DNA from: a virus
Lineage: Duplodnaviria; Caudoviricetes
Length of the DNA: 64,000 bases
Direction: 5' to 3' (one strand)
Virus record (IMG/VR): IMGVR_UViG_3300031813_000013
Coordinates: 1-64,000 of that record
This document shows, piece by piece, positions 29,501 through 39,053 of the stretch. Within the stretch, counting starts at the first letter, position 1; every line of letters starts with the position of its first letter. Position numbers and translations under genes: made by a program. The notes under the pieces are model-generated. The model was not told where the DNA came from and ran no database searches. It saw only the letters and a program-made list of their open reading frames with translations.

Positions 29501-32500
29501 GGCCGATGCTGATGATGTTGTCTGAGTTGTACCATCAACAAAAGTAATTCCATTACCTGTACCAGCAATCGTAATGTTACCAGCAAACAAACTTGCAGGT
29601 GCGGCCGATGAATAAGATATTACATTACCAGTTGGATTTGTGTTTAGGTTTTTAAACAGGTAGAAAGAACCAGCATTTGTTCCACCAGAACCTTCACGTA
29701 CCAAACCGTGATATTGAACCGATGTTCCTGTGTTAGATGCACCATAGAAACCAATATCAACAACATCACTTACTGTATTGTTTGCAGCAAGTTCAATCAA
29801 TGAATCTACTGACTGTAATGTGGCTGTATTGACATAACTTGCAGTACCTAAAATGTTTAGGTTACCAGTTACATTTAATTGTCCGGAAACTGTTACAGAA
29901 CCACCAACTGTACCACCAGAATTTACAAATGTTTGACCAACGTTTGCAGCAGTGAAAGCACCGTTAGCATATACAGATGCACTATTCGCTTGAGCATATG
30001 CTGAATTGGCTTGTAAGAATGCCGCATTAGCATAAGCACCAGTTGCACCACCAGAGATTAATGAATTTGCATAATCAAAAGCAGCATTTGCTTTTACAAA
30101 GGCACTGTTAGCATATAGTGAAGCGCCGGCCGCATTATTGGTTGCCGTGTTGGCTTGTGTATAAGAAGCATTAGCTTGAGTGAAGGCACCGTTGGCATAT
30201 GTTGCGGCACTATTAGCTTGACCATATGCTGCATTAGCTTCTAAGAAAGCACTATTGGCATATGAACCAGTTGCGCCACCAGAGATTAATGAATTTGCAT
30301 AATCAAATGCTGCATTGGCTTGTAAGAAAGCACCATTGGCATACTGGGATGCACCAGAAGCATTGTTGGTAGCAGTATTAGCCTGTGTATATGCTGAGTT
30401 TGCATATTGTGATGCACTAGCCGCAGTATTATTTGCAGTGTTTGCTTGTGTGTATGCTGCATTAGCCTCAATGAAAGCACCGTTGGCATACAATGAAGCG
30501 CCAGCCGCATTATTTGTAGCAGTATTGGCTTGGTTATATGCCGAATTGGCTTCTACAAAAGCACCATTTGCATACAGAGAACCAGAATTTGCTGTAGCGT
30601 AAGCCGCATTGGCTTCTAAAAAGGCACCATTAGCATAAACACTAGCTGAAGTGCCTGACAACAAAGTGTTGGCGTATGCAAAGGCTGCATTAGCTTGACT
30701 AAATGCTCCATTTGCATATAGTGCTGCTGAATTTGCTTCAGCAAAGGAAGAATTAACTGAATTGGAAACATTAGCCAAGTTGTTGGCGGTAGTATTTGCC
30801 AAAATGTATACTGCATTTGCTTGAATGAATGCGCCATTAGCATACAAACTAGCACCAGCAGCGTTTGTGGTTGCCGTATTTGCTTGTCCATATGCACTGT
30901 TGGCTTCCAAGAATGCACCATTTGCATATAAGGCAGCACTATTAGCTACAGAATATGCACTGTTGGCTTCTACAAAAGCACCATTTGCATACAGAGATGC
31001 ACCAGAAGCATTATTAGTAGCCGTATTGGCTTGGTCATAAGCTGCATTGGCCTCGGCGAAAGCACCATTAGCGTATATACCAGCACTAGCAGAATTATTA
31101 AATGCTAAGTTGGCTTGGCTATATGCACTGTTGGCCTCTACGAATGCACCATTAGCATATAAAGCACCAGAGTTTGCTGTGCTGTAAGCTGCATTTGATT
31201 GTAAGAAAGCACCATTAGCATACAACGAACCAGAATTGGCTGTATTGTATGAACCATTAGCTTGAATGAAAGAACCATTAGCATATAGAGCAGAACTATT
31301 AGCCTCAGCAAATGATGCATTAACAGAGTTGGATACGTTTGCTAAGTTACTATAAGTCGTATTAGCTAAAATGTATACAGCATTTGCTTGTACAAAAGCA
31401 CCATTAGCTTTTAAGAATGCTGAATTGGCGTAAGAAGAACCAGAGTTTGCTGTATCATATGCTGAGTTGGCTTCCACAAAGGCACCATTAGCATATGAAG
31501 ACGCATCAGCGGCATTATTGATTGCCTGTATTGCTTGGTTATATGCATCATCAGCACGGCTCTGTGCACTTGCTGCCGCACTTGATGCACTACTTGCAGA
31601 ACTGAATGCACTGTTGGCTTCATAGAATGCCGCATTAGCCTGTGCAAAGGCACCATTAGCATACAGAGATGCTGCCGCCGCACCTGCGGCCGAATTAGCT
31701 GCCGCATAAGCTGCATTAGCGGCAATGAAAGCAGCATTAGCATAACGTGATCCAGAATTTGCCGTATCATATGCACTATTAGCTTCTAGGAAAGCACCAT
31801 TGGCATATAAGGATGCACCTGCGGCATTATTAGTTGCTGTGTTGGCTTGACTATAAGCCGCATTAGCTTCTCTAAACGCACCGTTAGCATAACTTGCAGC
31901 ACTATTGGCTTCTGCAAATGCACTGTTAGCTTGAGTAAAAGCTGCAGTAGCTTGTGAGTAAATTACATTACTGTAACCAAAAGATGCAGCAGCAGTATTT
32001 TGTGTGGTACCATCAGCAAATGTAATTGGATTTTGTTTTAGTACAAGACCAATATTGTTTTTGAATCTTGCAACTTCATTTTCAATATTGACACCACCTG
32101 TTGTAAAGATGATATCGTTTTGTTGACCCGTGGAAACAATCATGTTACCACCACCAGTATTTGTATTGCCGTATGCAATCAAATAACCATCATTAGGACC
32201 AATCATTGTGTAGCCAGGATATGCATATGTGCTACTTGCCATACCCATGTCTAAGAATGTGTCGTTTGGTGTTCCGTTATCTGGTGTAATAAAGATATCA
32301 AAAGAAGCATTGTTGCCACTATTAATATTTTGCATATTCAAACCAGAATAACCATTAAAGTTACTGGTGAATTGCGTTACTGTTTGTGGCTCAATCAAAA
32401 ATCCTGAAGGAATACCAGCATACAGAGCATTGAAACCGTTGCTTGGATATCCAAAGAATTCACCGGTATTACCAGAGATAACTTGAGTTGTTATATTACC

Positions 32501-34588
32501 CGTGTATGTAATATTTCCTGTGACAGATAATGTACCATTGACTGTTACATTACCGTTGATTGATCCACCGTTAGATGAGAATCTAGTGTTTGCAAAATTG
32601 TATGCGGCATTGGCCTGTGTAAACGCACCATTTGCATACAATGATGCACTGTTGGCTTGGCCATATGCTGAATTGGCTTGTAAGAATGCAGAGTTTGCAT
32701 ATGTGCCTGCTGCTGCCGCACCAGAGTTAGAATTAGCTGCCGCATAAGCTGCATTAGCTTGAGCAAAAGCTGCATTAGCATATTGTGCACTAGAGTTTGC
32801 AACACCAAATGATGCGTTTGCCTCTATAAAAGCACCATTCGCATACAATGCACCAGAATTTGCAGTGCTATAGGCGGCGTTTGCTTCCAAGAAAGCACCA
32901 TTTGCATACAATGATGCACTATTGGCCTGAGCATATGCTGAGTTAGCTTCAACAAAAGCACCATTAGCATATAAAGCACCAGAGTTTGCTGCACCAAATG
33001 CTGCATTTGATTTTATAAATGCTGCATTAGCATACAATGCACCAGAATTTGCGGCACCAAAAGCCGCATTTGCTTGGTCTAATACTTCAATACCACTATC
33101 ATAAATTCTACCGCCACTAAACACATTTGAATATAGTGTATCTGTTGCAGCATTATAAGTTAGATATGCATTTGCGCTGGTGTTTGAAATGCCACTTGTT
33201 ACATCACCCAATTGAATCCAATAAGTTCCAGTGGATTGGTTTGTAACATTGATTGCTAGTGCAAGGTTGGCAGTTGATGCTACTCCAGCAGCATTATAAG
33301 CAGTTGTTTGTACTGTGCCATCGCCAAACGTTATGCTATTACTTGAACCAACTGTGATATTACCTGAGTAAATGTTTCCAGATACACCAAGTCCACCAGT
33401 AACTACTATTGCACCAGTATTATTGTTAACGGCCGGTGTTGGATATACAGCATAGTATGGTGAAAATGGTGAAAGTGATTGGAAATATGCACCTGAACCA
33501 TTATAAATCGTGGTGCTTTTGCCACTAGATTCAGTAAAAGCGTGATTTGAATCTAGTGCATTCAACAACAATACTGTATTTGGTGTTGCAGGCAATGGCT
33601 TTGTGCTTGGTGTAAAGTTTGATGTATATGCCGCAGTACCATTAATTACTCTAAGTGAAGTAATATAACCGTATGAATAATGAGATAACGCATCAGTGAA
33701 AGTTCCACTATAACCAATTAAAGTACTTAATGAAGTTGACGATGATCCAGTTGCAGAAGATACACCATTAACATAAATTGTATATGTGCCGCTATGTTTT
33801 ACTAATGCCAAATGGTACCAAGTACCTGTATTAATTGTCGTTGATGCTGTTATCGTTGTGCCGCCAGAAATGTACACTTCTGGTTTAGCAGTATTTTGAT
33901 TAACATAGAAACTAAATCCAGTACCACTATTTGTACCTATATCAAAAATTGAAAATGCGTAAAAATAACCTTGAGTATTGACCCATGCTTCAACTGTGAA
34001 ATCGTTTGAACCAAAATTGAAACCACTAGATGAATATGCTTCAATATAAGAAGTATTGAAATTATAATAAATGCTTCCAGGTACAGTATAAGATGGTACA
34101 GGATATACATTCAATGAGGGTGTGTATAGTGTATCTGTTGCAGAGTTAAATGTTAACCAGTTATTACTAATTGTATTTGCTATACCCGATACACTATCAC
34201 CCAACTTAACGTAATATGTTCCTGTATTTGCGTTTGTTGATGTGTATGCTGCATTTGCCTGTTTGAAAGCAGCATTTGCATATGTAAATAATATGCTAGA
34301 ATCAACGGTAAATGTTTTTGTTGATGTGCAAGCGGTTATTGATGTACCATTGGCACCAAGAACTGTTAATGTATCTGTTGGTGAACCAGCAAGTATCAAC
34401 GAACCGCTTGCATTGACTGTAGCAAACGAAGATGGATTATAGAAATATGATGTGCCACCACCTGCATTTTTATAATACAGTTTGCCATCATAGTAATTCA
34501 GACCTAACTGGCCATATACCAAACTTGATGGTACGTTACCGGTGGTGCCAGAATTTAATAAAACTATCGTTGTGTTTGCTATTGTCAT
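26552..34588 (-). CDS. Giant tail fibre (2678 aa): N-terminal anchor, LamG domain, long Ala/Asn heptad shafts, C-terminal beta-sandwich
   Basis: N-term PSSLVYGQLGLNYYDGKLYYK; LamG pattern DFTVEAWV...WYHLALVK...IYVNG; AN.A(F/Y) heptads; C-term TLNLAAASVF...WPTSFRWPSG.AP...KRDMF.L.TIDGGTTY. Confidence 0.85.
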   Translation of the reverse strand: MTIANTTIVLLNSGTTGNVPSSLVYGQLGLNYYDGKLYYKNAGGGTSYFYNPSSFATVNASGSLILAGSPTDTLTVLGANGTSITACTSTKTFTVDSSILFTYANAAFKQANAAYTSTNANTGTYYVKLGDSVSGIANTISNNWLTFNSATDTLYTPSLNVYPVPSYTVPGSIYYNFNTSYIEAYSSSGFNFGSNDFTVEAWVNTQGYFYAFSIFDIGTNSGTGFSFYVNQNTAKPEVYISGGTTITASTTINTGTWYHLALVKHSGTYTIYVNGVSSATGSSSTSLSTLIGYSGTFTDALSHYSYGYITSLRVINGTAAYTSNFTPSTKPLPATPNTVLLLNALDSNHAFTESSGKSTTIYNGSGAYFQSLSPFSPYYAVYPTPAVNNNTGAIVVTGGLGVSGNIYSGNITVGSSNSITFGDGTVQTTAYNAAGVASTANLALAINVTNQSTGTYWIQLGDVTSGISNTSANAYLTYNAATDTLYSNVFSGGRIYDSGIEVLDQANAAFGAANSGALYANAAFIKSNAAFGAANSGALYANGAFVEANSAYAQANSASLYANGAFLEANAAYSTANSGALYANGAFIEANASFGVANSSAQYANAAFAQANAAYAAANSNSGAAAAGTYANSAFLQANSAYGQANSASLYANGAFTQANAAYNFANTRFSSNGGSINGNVTVNGTLSVTGNITYTGNITTQVISGNTGEFFGYPSNGFNALYAGIPSGFLIEPQTVTQFTSNFNGYSGLNMQNINSGNNASFDIFITPDNGTPNDTFLDMGMASSTYAYPGYTMIGPNDGYLIAYGNTNTGGGNMIVSTGQQNDIIFTTGGVNIENEVARFKNNIGLVLKQNPITFADGTTQNTAAASFGYSNVIYSQATAAFTQANSAFAEANSAASYANGAFREANAAYSQANTATNNAAGASLYANGAFLEANSAYDTANSGSRYANAAFIAANAAYAAANSAAGAAAASLYANGAFAQANAAFYEANSAFSSASSASSAAASAQSRADDAYNQAIQAINNAADASSYANGAFVEANSAYDTANSGSSYANSAFLKANGAFVQANAVYILANTTYSNLANVSNSVNASFAEANSSALYANGSFIQANGSYNTANSGSLYANGAFLQSNAAYSTANSGALYANGAFVEANSAYSQANLAFNNSASAGIYANGAFAEANAAYDQANTATNNASGASLYANGAFVEANSAYSVANSAALYANGAFLEANSAYGQANTATTNAAGASLYANGAFIQANAVYILANTTANNLANVSNSVNSSFAEANSAALYANGAFSQANAAFAYANTLLSGTSASVYANGAFLEANAAYATANSGSLYANGAFVEANSAYNQANTATNNAAGASLYANGAFIEANAAYTQANTANNTAASASQYANSAYTQANTATNNASGASQYANGAFLQANAAFDYANSLISGGATGSYANSAFLEANAAYGQANSAATYANGAFTQANASYTQANTATNNAAGASLYANSAFVKANAAFDYANSLISGGATGAYANAAFLQANSAYAQANSASVYANGAFTAANVGQTFVNSGGTVGGSVTVSGQLNVTGNLNILGTASYVNTATLQSVDSLIELAANNTVSDVVDIGFYGASNTGTSVQYHGLVREGSGGTNAGSFYLFKNLNTNPTGNVISYSSAAPASLFAGNITIAGTGNGITFVDGTTQTTSSASAGNYANGAFTQANAAFAYANSLISGGATGSYANAAFGVANSAALYANGAFVEANAAYVQANTATNNAAGASLYANGAFNQANAAYAYANSLISGGATGAYANAAFAVANSASLYANGAFVEANSAYDQANTATNNASGASSYANGAFIQANAAYAYANSLTTGGATDTSARVQANAAFIQANAAYAYANSLSTGGATDTSARTNASAAFTQANSAYNQANTATNNAAGASLYANGAFVEANSAFGTANSGAQYANSAFLQANSAYAYANGIISALNSSGVSTANVANISNIANSLVVTNPSSGSYYINFSPSTSGTLALSANVNLVYNVSTNQITVPSISANRIYDNGIEVLNQANAAYSQANSGALYANGAFAQANAAYAYANTLLSGSSAGVYANAAFIQANAAYGQANTATNNAAGASLYANGAFLEANASYSTANSAQTYANGAFLEANSAYGQANTATNNAAGASLYANAAFVQANAAYAYANSLSSGSIDNYARTTANAAYTTANAAFIQANAVFAQDNAAFIQANSAFGVANSGAIYANGAFIQANTATNNAAGASLYANGAFVEANASYTQANTATNNAAGASLYANGAFVQANAAYAYANTLVVGGSYANAAFVQANSAYNQANTATNNAAGASLYANSAYTQANTATNNAAGASLYANGAFGTANSGALYANGAFVQANSSYTQANTATNNAAGASLYANGAFGVANSASLYANGAFIQANAAYAYANSLASGSIDNYARTTANAAFIQANAAFTAANAAFLQANTPLPISNSAALYANGAFTQANAAFTTANNALPNTGTLITHSGTAINLLPNTQISTSCTTGALIVTGGVGISGNVYAANVYTNGLYYAANGQPISTGGGSSTITSSAPAISAGTLTLNLAAASVFNVAVSSAISTITISGAPSSPSVGSFVVIFTYNGTSYSVAWPTSFRWPSGVAPSLTFTNGKRDMFTLMTIDGGTTYQAVVSGLNM
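27090..33080 (-). repeat. Coding heptad repeat array ([QE]AN.A[YF]..AN..A.LYANGAF) in four blocks
   Basis: Degenerate 21-nt period. Blocks at about 27090-28445, 28700-29500, 29940-31980 and 32590-33080; near-exact DNA copies, e.g. 27252-27282 = 28002-28032. Confidence 0.9.
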
Positions 34589-34591
34589 TTG

Positions 34592-35167
34592 TTAAAATGT
34601 TCCACCGTCTTTTGTTGTTTCTTCTGTATCATCAACAAATTCAGGTAAAACACTTGTACTTTCACCTGCTTGTTTAGATTCTTCTAACTTCTTACGTTTC
34701 GCAGGAGACAATTGCAAGTATTCAATTTTGTCATTCAACTCTTTGAGTTTTATTTCATACTCAGTACGAGTTCTTTCGTGTTCATTTCGTTCTTTTATCA
34801 ACTCATTTCTGAACGTATCAATATGATTCAATTGATGTCTCATGTTCTCCACTGAACTCTTGGATCTATTTAGTTCGTCAATTTCTTCCCTTTGTTGGTA
34901 TATGGTTCTTTCTTTTTCCAACAAAGCATCGGCGTGTTCACGTTCTTTATTTTCAAACCAGATTTCTCTATCGGCCACAAGTTTTTTAATGTCGCCATCT
35001 AGTTCTGTGATTTGTTTTCTTAGACCATCGTTTTCGGCTTGTACTTCACCGACTAACTCATCAACAAACTTTGCGTTTGCCTGTAGAGATACGCCACGGA
35101 GAATTGACTCTTGCAATGTGCCGGTCAATACCTCCATGTAATACTTCATATATTTTTCATTACTCAT
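34592..35167 (-). CDS. Coiled-coil hypothetical protein
   Basis: Charged heptad-rich 191-aa ORF with GGAG SD, ending KDGGTF. Confidence 0.75.
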   Translation of the reverse strand: MSNEKYMKYYMEVLTGTLQESILRGVSLQANAKFVDELVGEVQAENDGLRKQITELDGDIKKLVADREIWFENKEREHADALLEKERTIYQQREEIDELNRSKSSVENMRHQLNHIDTFRNELIKERNEHERTRTEYEIKLKELNDKIEYLQLSPAKRKKLEESKQAGESTSVLPEFVDDTEETTKDGGTF

Positions 35168-35183
35168 ATCAAACTCCTATAAA

Positions 35184-35191
35184 CATTTATA
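35184..35191 (-). promoter_or_regulatory. Possible late promoter (TATAAATG)
   Basis: 7/8 match, intergenic, upstream of the ATG at 35167. Confidence 0.45.
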
Positions 35192-35201
35192 TAGTCAACG
35201 C

Positions 35202-37349
35202 TTAGAATCTTCCTCCGTCAAGCGTTGATGTCCATACTGGAGTTCCTGCATTGGTAACAGTCATCAATTGATTTGAATATGTTTGGTCCGATACACCCGC
35301 AGCTTGAGTAATTTGTAGGCCTTGTGAACCATTACCATACACCAATCCGTTTGGTGTAAAGTATGTTTGGCCAGTACCGCCATAAGGTACTGTCAATGCT
35401 TGTGATAGTGCAACAAAGTTATTACCATAAATGGTCATTGCATCCGTAGCACCATTATTCACAACAAAGTGAATTGAATTTGCCAATGCTGTACCAAATA
35501 CCAAGTCGCTGTTAGAAGCATACATGTAAACAGCATTTGCTTTATTCAAGCTTCCTGTTCCTGTGAACTGCGAACTGTTCATGCCAAAGTCACCGTAGAA
35601 TCCATTGTCTGCACCTAAGTCATTAGATACAACAAAGTCTGCCGATGCTTGTGTTCCGTTATTGGAGTTTTGAACAATAACTTGTTGGTAAGAATTTGAA
35701 TTACCAGTAAACTGTGCCATAGCACCAGCAGCAGTAAATGCTGGTGTATTTGCAAGCAATGTTTGTACATTGATTTTAGCAAATGTTGCAGTTCCTTGAA
35801 TTGTTGGACTATTATTCAATACAACTGCACCAGAACCTGTTGTACTTTGATTCAGGTTGTTTGCGTCAATTTTAATTATGGTGTTTGCAACAGAGATTAC
35901 ACGGCCAAAATTGTCTGTTGTGATGACAGGCAGATAAGAATTGTTACCATATGTGCCAGCAGTATTAGTGTTTGCTAATGATACAATACCAGAACCGTTA
36001 TAGAAAACAAGTTCATTATTAATAAATGAACCATTATTTGTACCGCCTTGAGAGATGGCCAATTGTCCACTTGTTACTTGGCTCGCATCAATAGAAATTG
36101 CTGTGTTGTTTACAGCAGAAATTCTACCCCATGCATCTGTAGTAAACACTGGTACTTGACTTGCTGTGCCATATGTTGCTGCTGTACCTGCATTTGCCAA
36201 TGGTTGCAATGCACCAGTGCCGTTGCCAATGATAATTTGACCAGAAGCAAACGATGTATTGCCTGTGCCACCATTAGGTACAGTTAACTGATTTAATAAT
36301 TGCAAGCTACCAATTGTTGCATTGGTAATGTTTGCGGTGTTTGCTCTAACTTGGAAAGCAACTAAGTTAGCATGTAGTGTTGCTGTGTTTTGGCCGGTAA
36401 ATTCGTTAGCATTAATAACATTACTTGCAATAGAACCATTAACTTGAATGTTATTAAACAAGTAGTAGTCTTTAGAACCAGCATCACGCACAAGACCAGT
36501 TAAGTTATTTTGTGTACCGTTGTTATAGATACCGTAGAAACCGATATCAACAACGTCACCAACTGTATTGTTTGCAGCCAACTCAATCAATGAAGAAGTT
36601 GTTTCATAGATTGTAGTATTAACATATGAAGTTGAACCAGTAACTGTCAAGTTACCAGTAATTGCAACGTCTGTACCAATGACCTGTGTACCAACAAGTG
36701 CAGTATTGGTACGCATAATTGATGTATTAGTACCAATAACTAATCTACTACCACTAACTTGTGTTGTGATACCACCAATGCCGTCAATTTCCCATGTATT
36801 TCCGTTAGCAATAGAAATGGTATTAGCACCATCAAACACATTGAATTGAGTATACAGTGCAGCAGTAGAAACGCCAAGAATACGACCGTTTGCGCCGTAT
36901 TGAATAACTGGAATAGCAGTTGTGCTACCAACTGTGCTGTTGGATAGACCAGGAACTGCATTGAGAGAAGCTGCTAATGTTACAGAGTTGTTGCCACCAA
37001 ACAAAACTTTGGCTGCATACATGTCTCCACCAGAAATGGAGAAATTCTGTGGATTTTGTAGATATGTTGCTGTGTTTGCGTTACCTACAAAAGTACCAAA
37101 GACATAATTGAAAGATGCATTACCTGAAGCATCTCGTCTAACTAGGCCTAATGGTGTATTTGCATCAGTTGCACTGTCAATCTGGCTGGTATAGAATACA
37201 CCGCCGACATTAAGAACACCATCACCAGCTACAGTACCTAAAAATAATGTATTTGAAAGGTACGAGTAAGCAAATTCACCTGCTTGGAGAACTCCGGGTG
37301 TTGAATTTGCACTCGAACGTTTAATTAGTAGACTGGTATTTGATGCCAT
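35202..37349 (-). CDS. Tail fibre protein
   Basis: N-term LLIKRSS..STPGVLQAGEFAYSY..NTLFLG (fibre anchor); VPNGGTG and TDAWGRI fibre motifs; ends LDGGRF. Confidence 0.8.
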   Translation of the reverse strand: MASNTSLLIKRSSANSTPGVLQAGEFAYSYLSNTLFLGTVAGDGVLNVGGVFYTSQIDSATDANTPLGLVRRDASGNASFNYVFGTFVGNANTATYLQNPQNFSISGGDMYAAKVLFGGNNSVTLAASLNAVPGLSNSTVGSTTAIPVIQYGANGRILGVSTAALYTQFNVFDGANTISIANGNTWEIDGIGGITTQVSGSRLVIGTNTSIMRTNTALVGTQVIGTDVAITGNLTVTGSTSYVNTTIYETTSSLIELAANNTVGDVVDIGFYGIYNNGTQNNLTGLVRDAGSKDYYLFNNIQVNGSIASNVINANEFTGQNTATLHANLVAFQVRANTANITNATIGSLQLLNQLTVPNGGTGNTSFASGQIIIGNGTGALQPLANAGTAATYGTASQVPVFTTDAWGRISAVNNTAISIDASQVTSGQLAISQGGTNNGSFINNELVFYNGSGIVSLANTNTAGTYGNNSYLPVITTDNFGRVISVANTIIKIDANNLNQSTTGSGAVVLNNSPTIQGTATFAKINVQTLLANTPAFTAAGAMAQFTGNSNSYQQVIVQNSNNGTQASADFVVSNDLGADNGFYGDFGMNSSQFTGTGSLNKANAVYMYASNSDLVFGTALANSIHFVVNNGATDAMTIYGNNFVALSQALTVPYGGTGQTYFTPNGLVYGNGSQGLQITQAAGVSDQTYSNQLMTVTNAGTPVWTSTLDGGRF

Positions 37350-37376
37350 TTTTATGACCCTTTATTATTATTCTTA

Positions 37377-37384
37377 TATTTATT
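37377..37384 (-). promoter_or_regulatory. T4-type late promoter (AATAAATA)
   Basis: At the stop of 37383-38006, upstream of the ATG at 37349. Confidence 0.6.
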
Positions 37385-38006
37385 AAAATGAGCCTGCGTC
37401 AACATGACCAAAAATTTGTCCACCTACAGAAACATTTCCTGGTACGACCAAGTCTCCACCTGGCGTAGATGTTATTCCGTGTGCTTGTAATGCCGATGAT
37501 GCAACACTATATGCATAAGATGCCGATGCTAATGCAACATTTGCTTCAGCATAAGATGCTTCAGCTAGTATAGTGGCCGCTTGTGCACTTGCCTCTGCCA
37601 AGTTTGCAACATTCAATGAAGTATTTGCTAATTCAAGTGCAATATTTGCCGTAAATGCTGCGGATGCACCAGTAACATTTGCGGTATTCGCAGTAAAACT
37701 GGCAAGTCCTGCTAAAATATTTGCAGTATTCGATTGATTTAAAGCTAAAATAGCATTTGCCGCCGCACCAATAGCAACAAGAGTTGCAGCATTTGCCGTA
37801 CTTAAAGCATTTAGAGCATTTGACTGTGCACTATTTGCTGTAAGCAAAGAAACGTTTGCATATTGTCCAATATTTGCAATTGCGGCTTGTTGTTCTGGAT
37901 TCAAATAAGAACCAACAAACGTTGCTGTCGTGCTTACATCAACCGGTGCCGCAGGACCAACCCGAACAGCAATTGTTTTTGGAGGATTTACAACTACATT
38001 AACCAT
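37383..38006 (-). CDS. Ala-rich helical virion protein (fibre adaptor-like)
   Basis: 207 aa, Ala/Asn heptad-like, ends VDAGSF; TAATG coupled to the upstream gene. Confidence 0.7.
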   Translation of the reverse strand: MVNVVVNPPKTIAVRVGPAAPVDVSTTATFVGSYLNPEQQAAIANIGQYANVSLLTANSAQSNALNALSTANAATLVAIGAAANAILALNQSNTANILAGLASFTANTANVTGASAAFTANIALELANTSLNVANLAEASAQAATILAEASYAEANVALASASYAYSVASSALQAHGITSTPGGDLVVPGNVSVGGQIFGHVDAGSF

Positions 38007-38371
38007 TATACATTAAATCCATATGATGAATTAACTCCTGTTACACCAGGATTAACAAAAATTCTACCTTCAAGAACTCTTGAAATGTTATTAGAGGCAT
38101 CTTTGACAACAACATCATAAACAAGAGTGCCGGCTGGAACATTAGATGAATTGGCCGCATCTAAAGAAAGACCTATAACACCAGTTGCAGCATCCAATAC
38201 TGTTGTAGAGAAATTAATTGCTACGTTTGGTGAAATATATGATTGTTTTGCTTGGCTAGCCACACTAAATCCTGACAAATTGTATGCGTTACCATAGTTG
38301 TCGGTTAGTGTTAGCTGTGTGGTGAATGTTGAGCCTTGATCCAAGTATTGGTCTGAGTAACCTGCGGCCAT
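38006..38371 (-). CDS. BppU-like Ig-fold virion protein
   Basis: DQGSTF..QLTL...NLSGF.VASQ.KQSY, G.IGLSL.A..SS..PAG..VYDV...RVLEG...VNPGVT: a pattern common in T4-like structural modules. Confidence 0.7.
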   Translation of the reverse strand: MAAGYSDQYLDQGSTFTTQLTLTDNYGNAYNLSGFSVASQAKQSYISPNVAINFSTTVLDAATGVIGLSLDAANSSNVPAGTLVYDVVVKDASNNISRVLEGRIFVNPGVTGVNSSYGFNV

Positions 38372-38399
38372 TTTGAAGTCCTCTTATAATATTATCACC

Positions 38400-38407
38400 T
38401 ATTTATG
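38400..38407 (-). promoter_or_regulatory. T4-type late promoter (CATAAATA) flanked by a 10-bp inverted repeat
   Basis: AATATTATCA (38388-38397) and TGATAATATT (38410-38419) bracket the motif. Confidence 0.65.
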
Positions 38408-38434
38408 AATGATAATATTTGCCGGACTCTCAAA

Positions 38435-39019
38435 CTATACCCATTTTGGTCCTTCAAACCATGCGGCGAGGGAATATCTTGTACCTTTAGTTACCGGATT
38501 AGCTTGATGATATACAAAAGATGGTAAAATTATGGCTGAACCTTGTTTTTTCATTTGAATATTATCAGTTTCAGATGGATATGAACTCAAATTTGACATT
38601 TGAAATTCACCACCTTCATATTCGCTAGGATCAGTCAACTGGATGACACAGGTTAATTTTCTATGTCGTGTGTCATTGTTGATCCAAAAAACGTCCTGGT
38701 GGGTCTTATATTCACCCCGGTAAGATGCATCATACTCTGCTAGTTGTATGAAGGATAGATTGGTGATGTGAAAATTAAAGAAGTCTTTATTGGTGCGAAT
38801 GCCTAACTTCCAGATATCATCAAATAGCCATTGAAATTTTGTGTTGGTGTCTTCAATGAAACGAACTTTACTCTTTCGTATACTATCGTCTGTGCGAATT
38901 TTTCCACCACTGACACCAACTTCCGAATCTCTAGGCTCAATTTTTAAGCCTTCTTCTAAGATGAATTTACATTTTTCTTTGTTGAGGTATTCGCCCCAAT
39001 AGCACCATTCACCAGTCAT
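38435..39019 (-). CDS. 2OG-Fe(II) oxygenase (prolyl 4-hydroxylase / PKHD-like)
   Basis: HxD (THQD), distal His (VYHQANPV), 2OG-binding Arg (GTRYSL..W), RKLT..IQL....EYEGGEF. Confidence 0.9.
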   Translation of the reverse strand: MTGEWCYWGEYLNKEKCKFILEEGLKIEPRDSEVGVSGGKIRTDDSIRKSKVRFIEDTNTKFQWLFDDIWKLGIRTNKDFFNFHITNLSFIQLAEYDASYRGEYKTHQDVFWINNDTRHRKLTCVIQLTDPSEYEGGEFQMSNLSSYPSETDNIQMKKQGSAIILPSFVYHQANPVTKGTRYSLAAWFEGPKWV

Positions 39020-39053
39020 AATATATCCTTTATAAACCTACAATTATGTAGGC

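Noticed and set aside
27090-33080. Regular DNA repeats resembling a CRISPR or satellite array
   Set aside because: Repeats are degenerate at third codon positions, in frame within an ORF and have no unique spacers.
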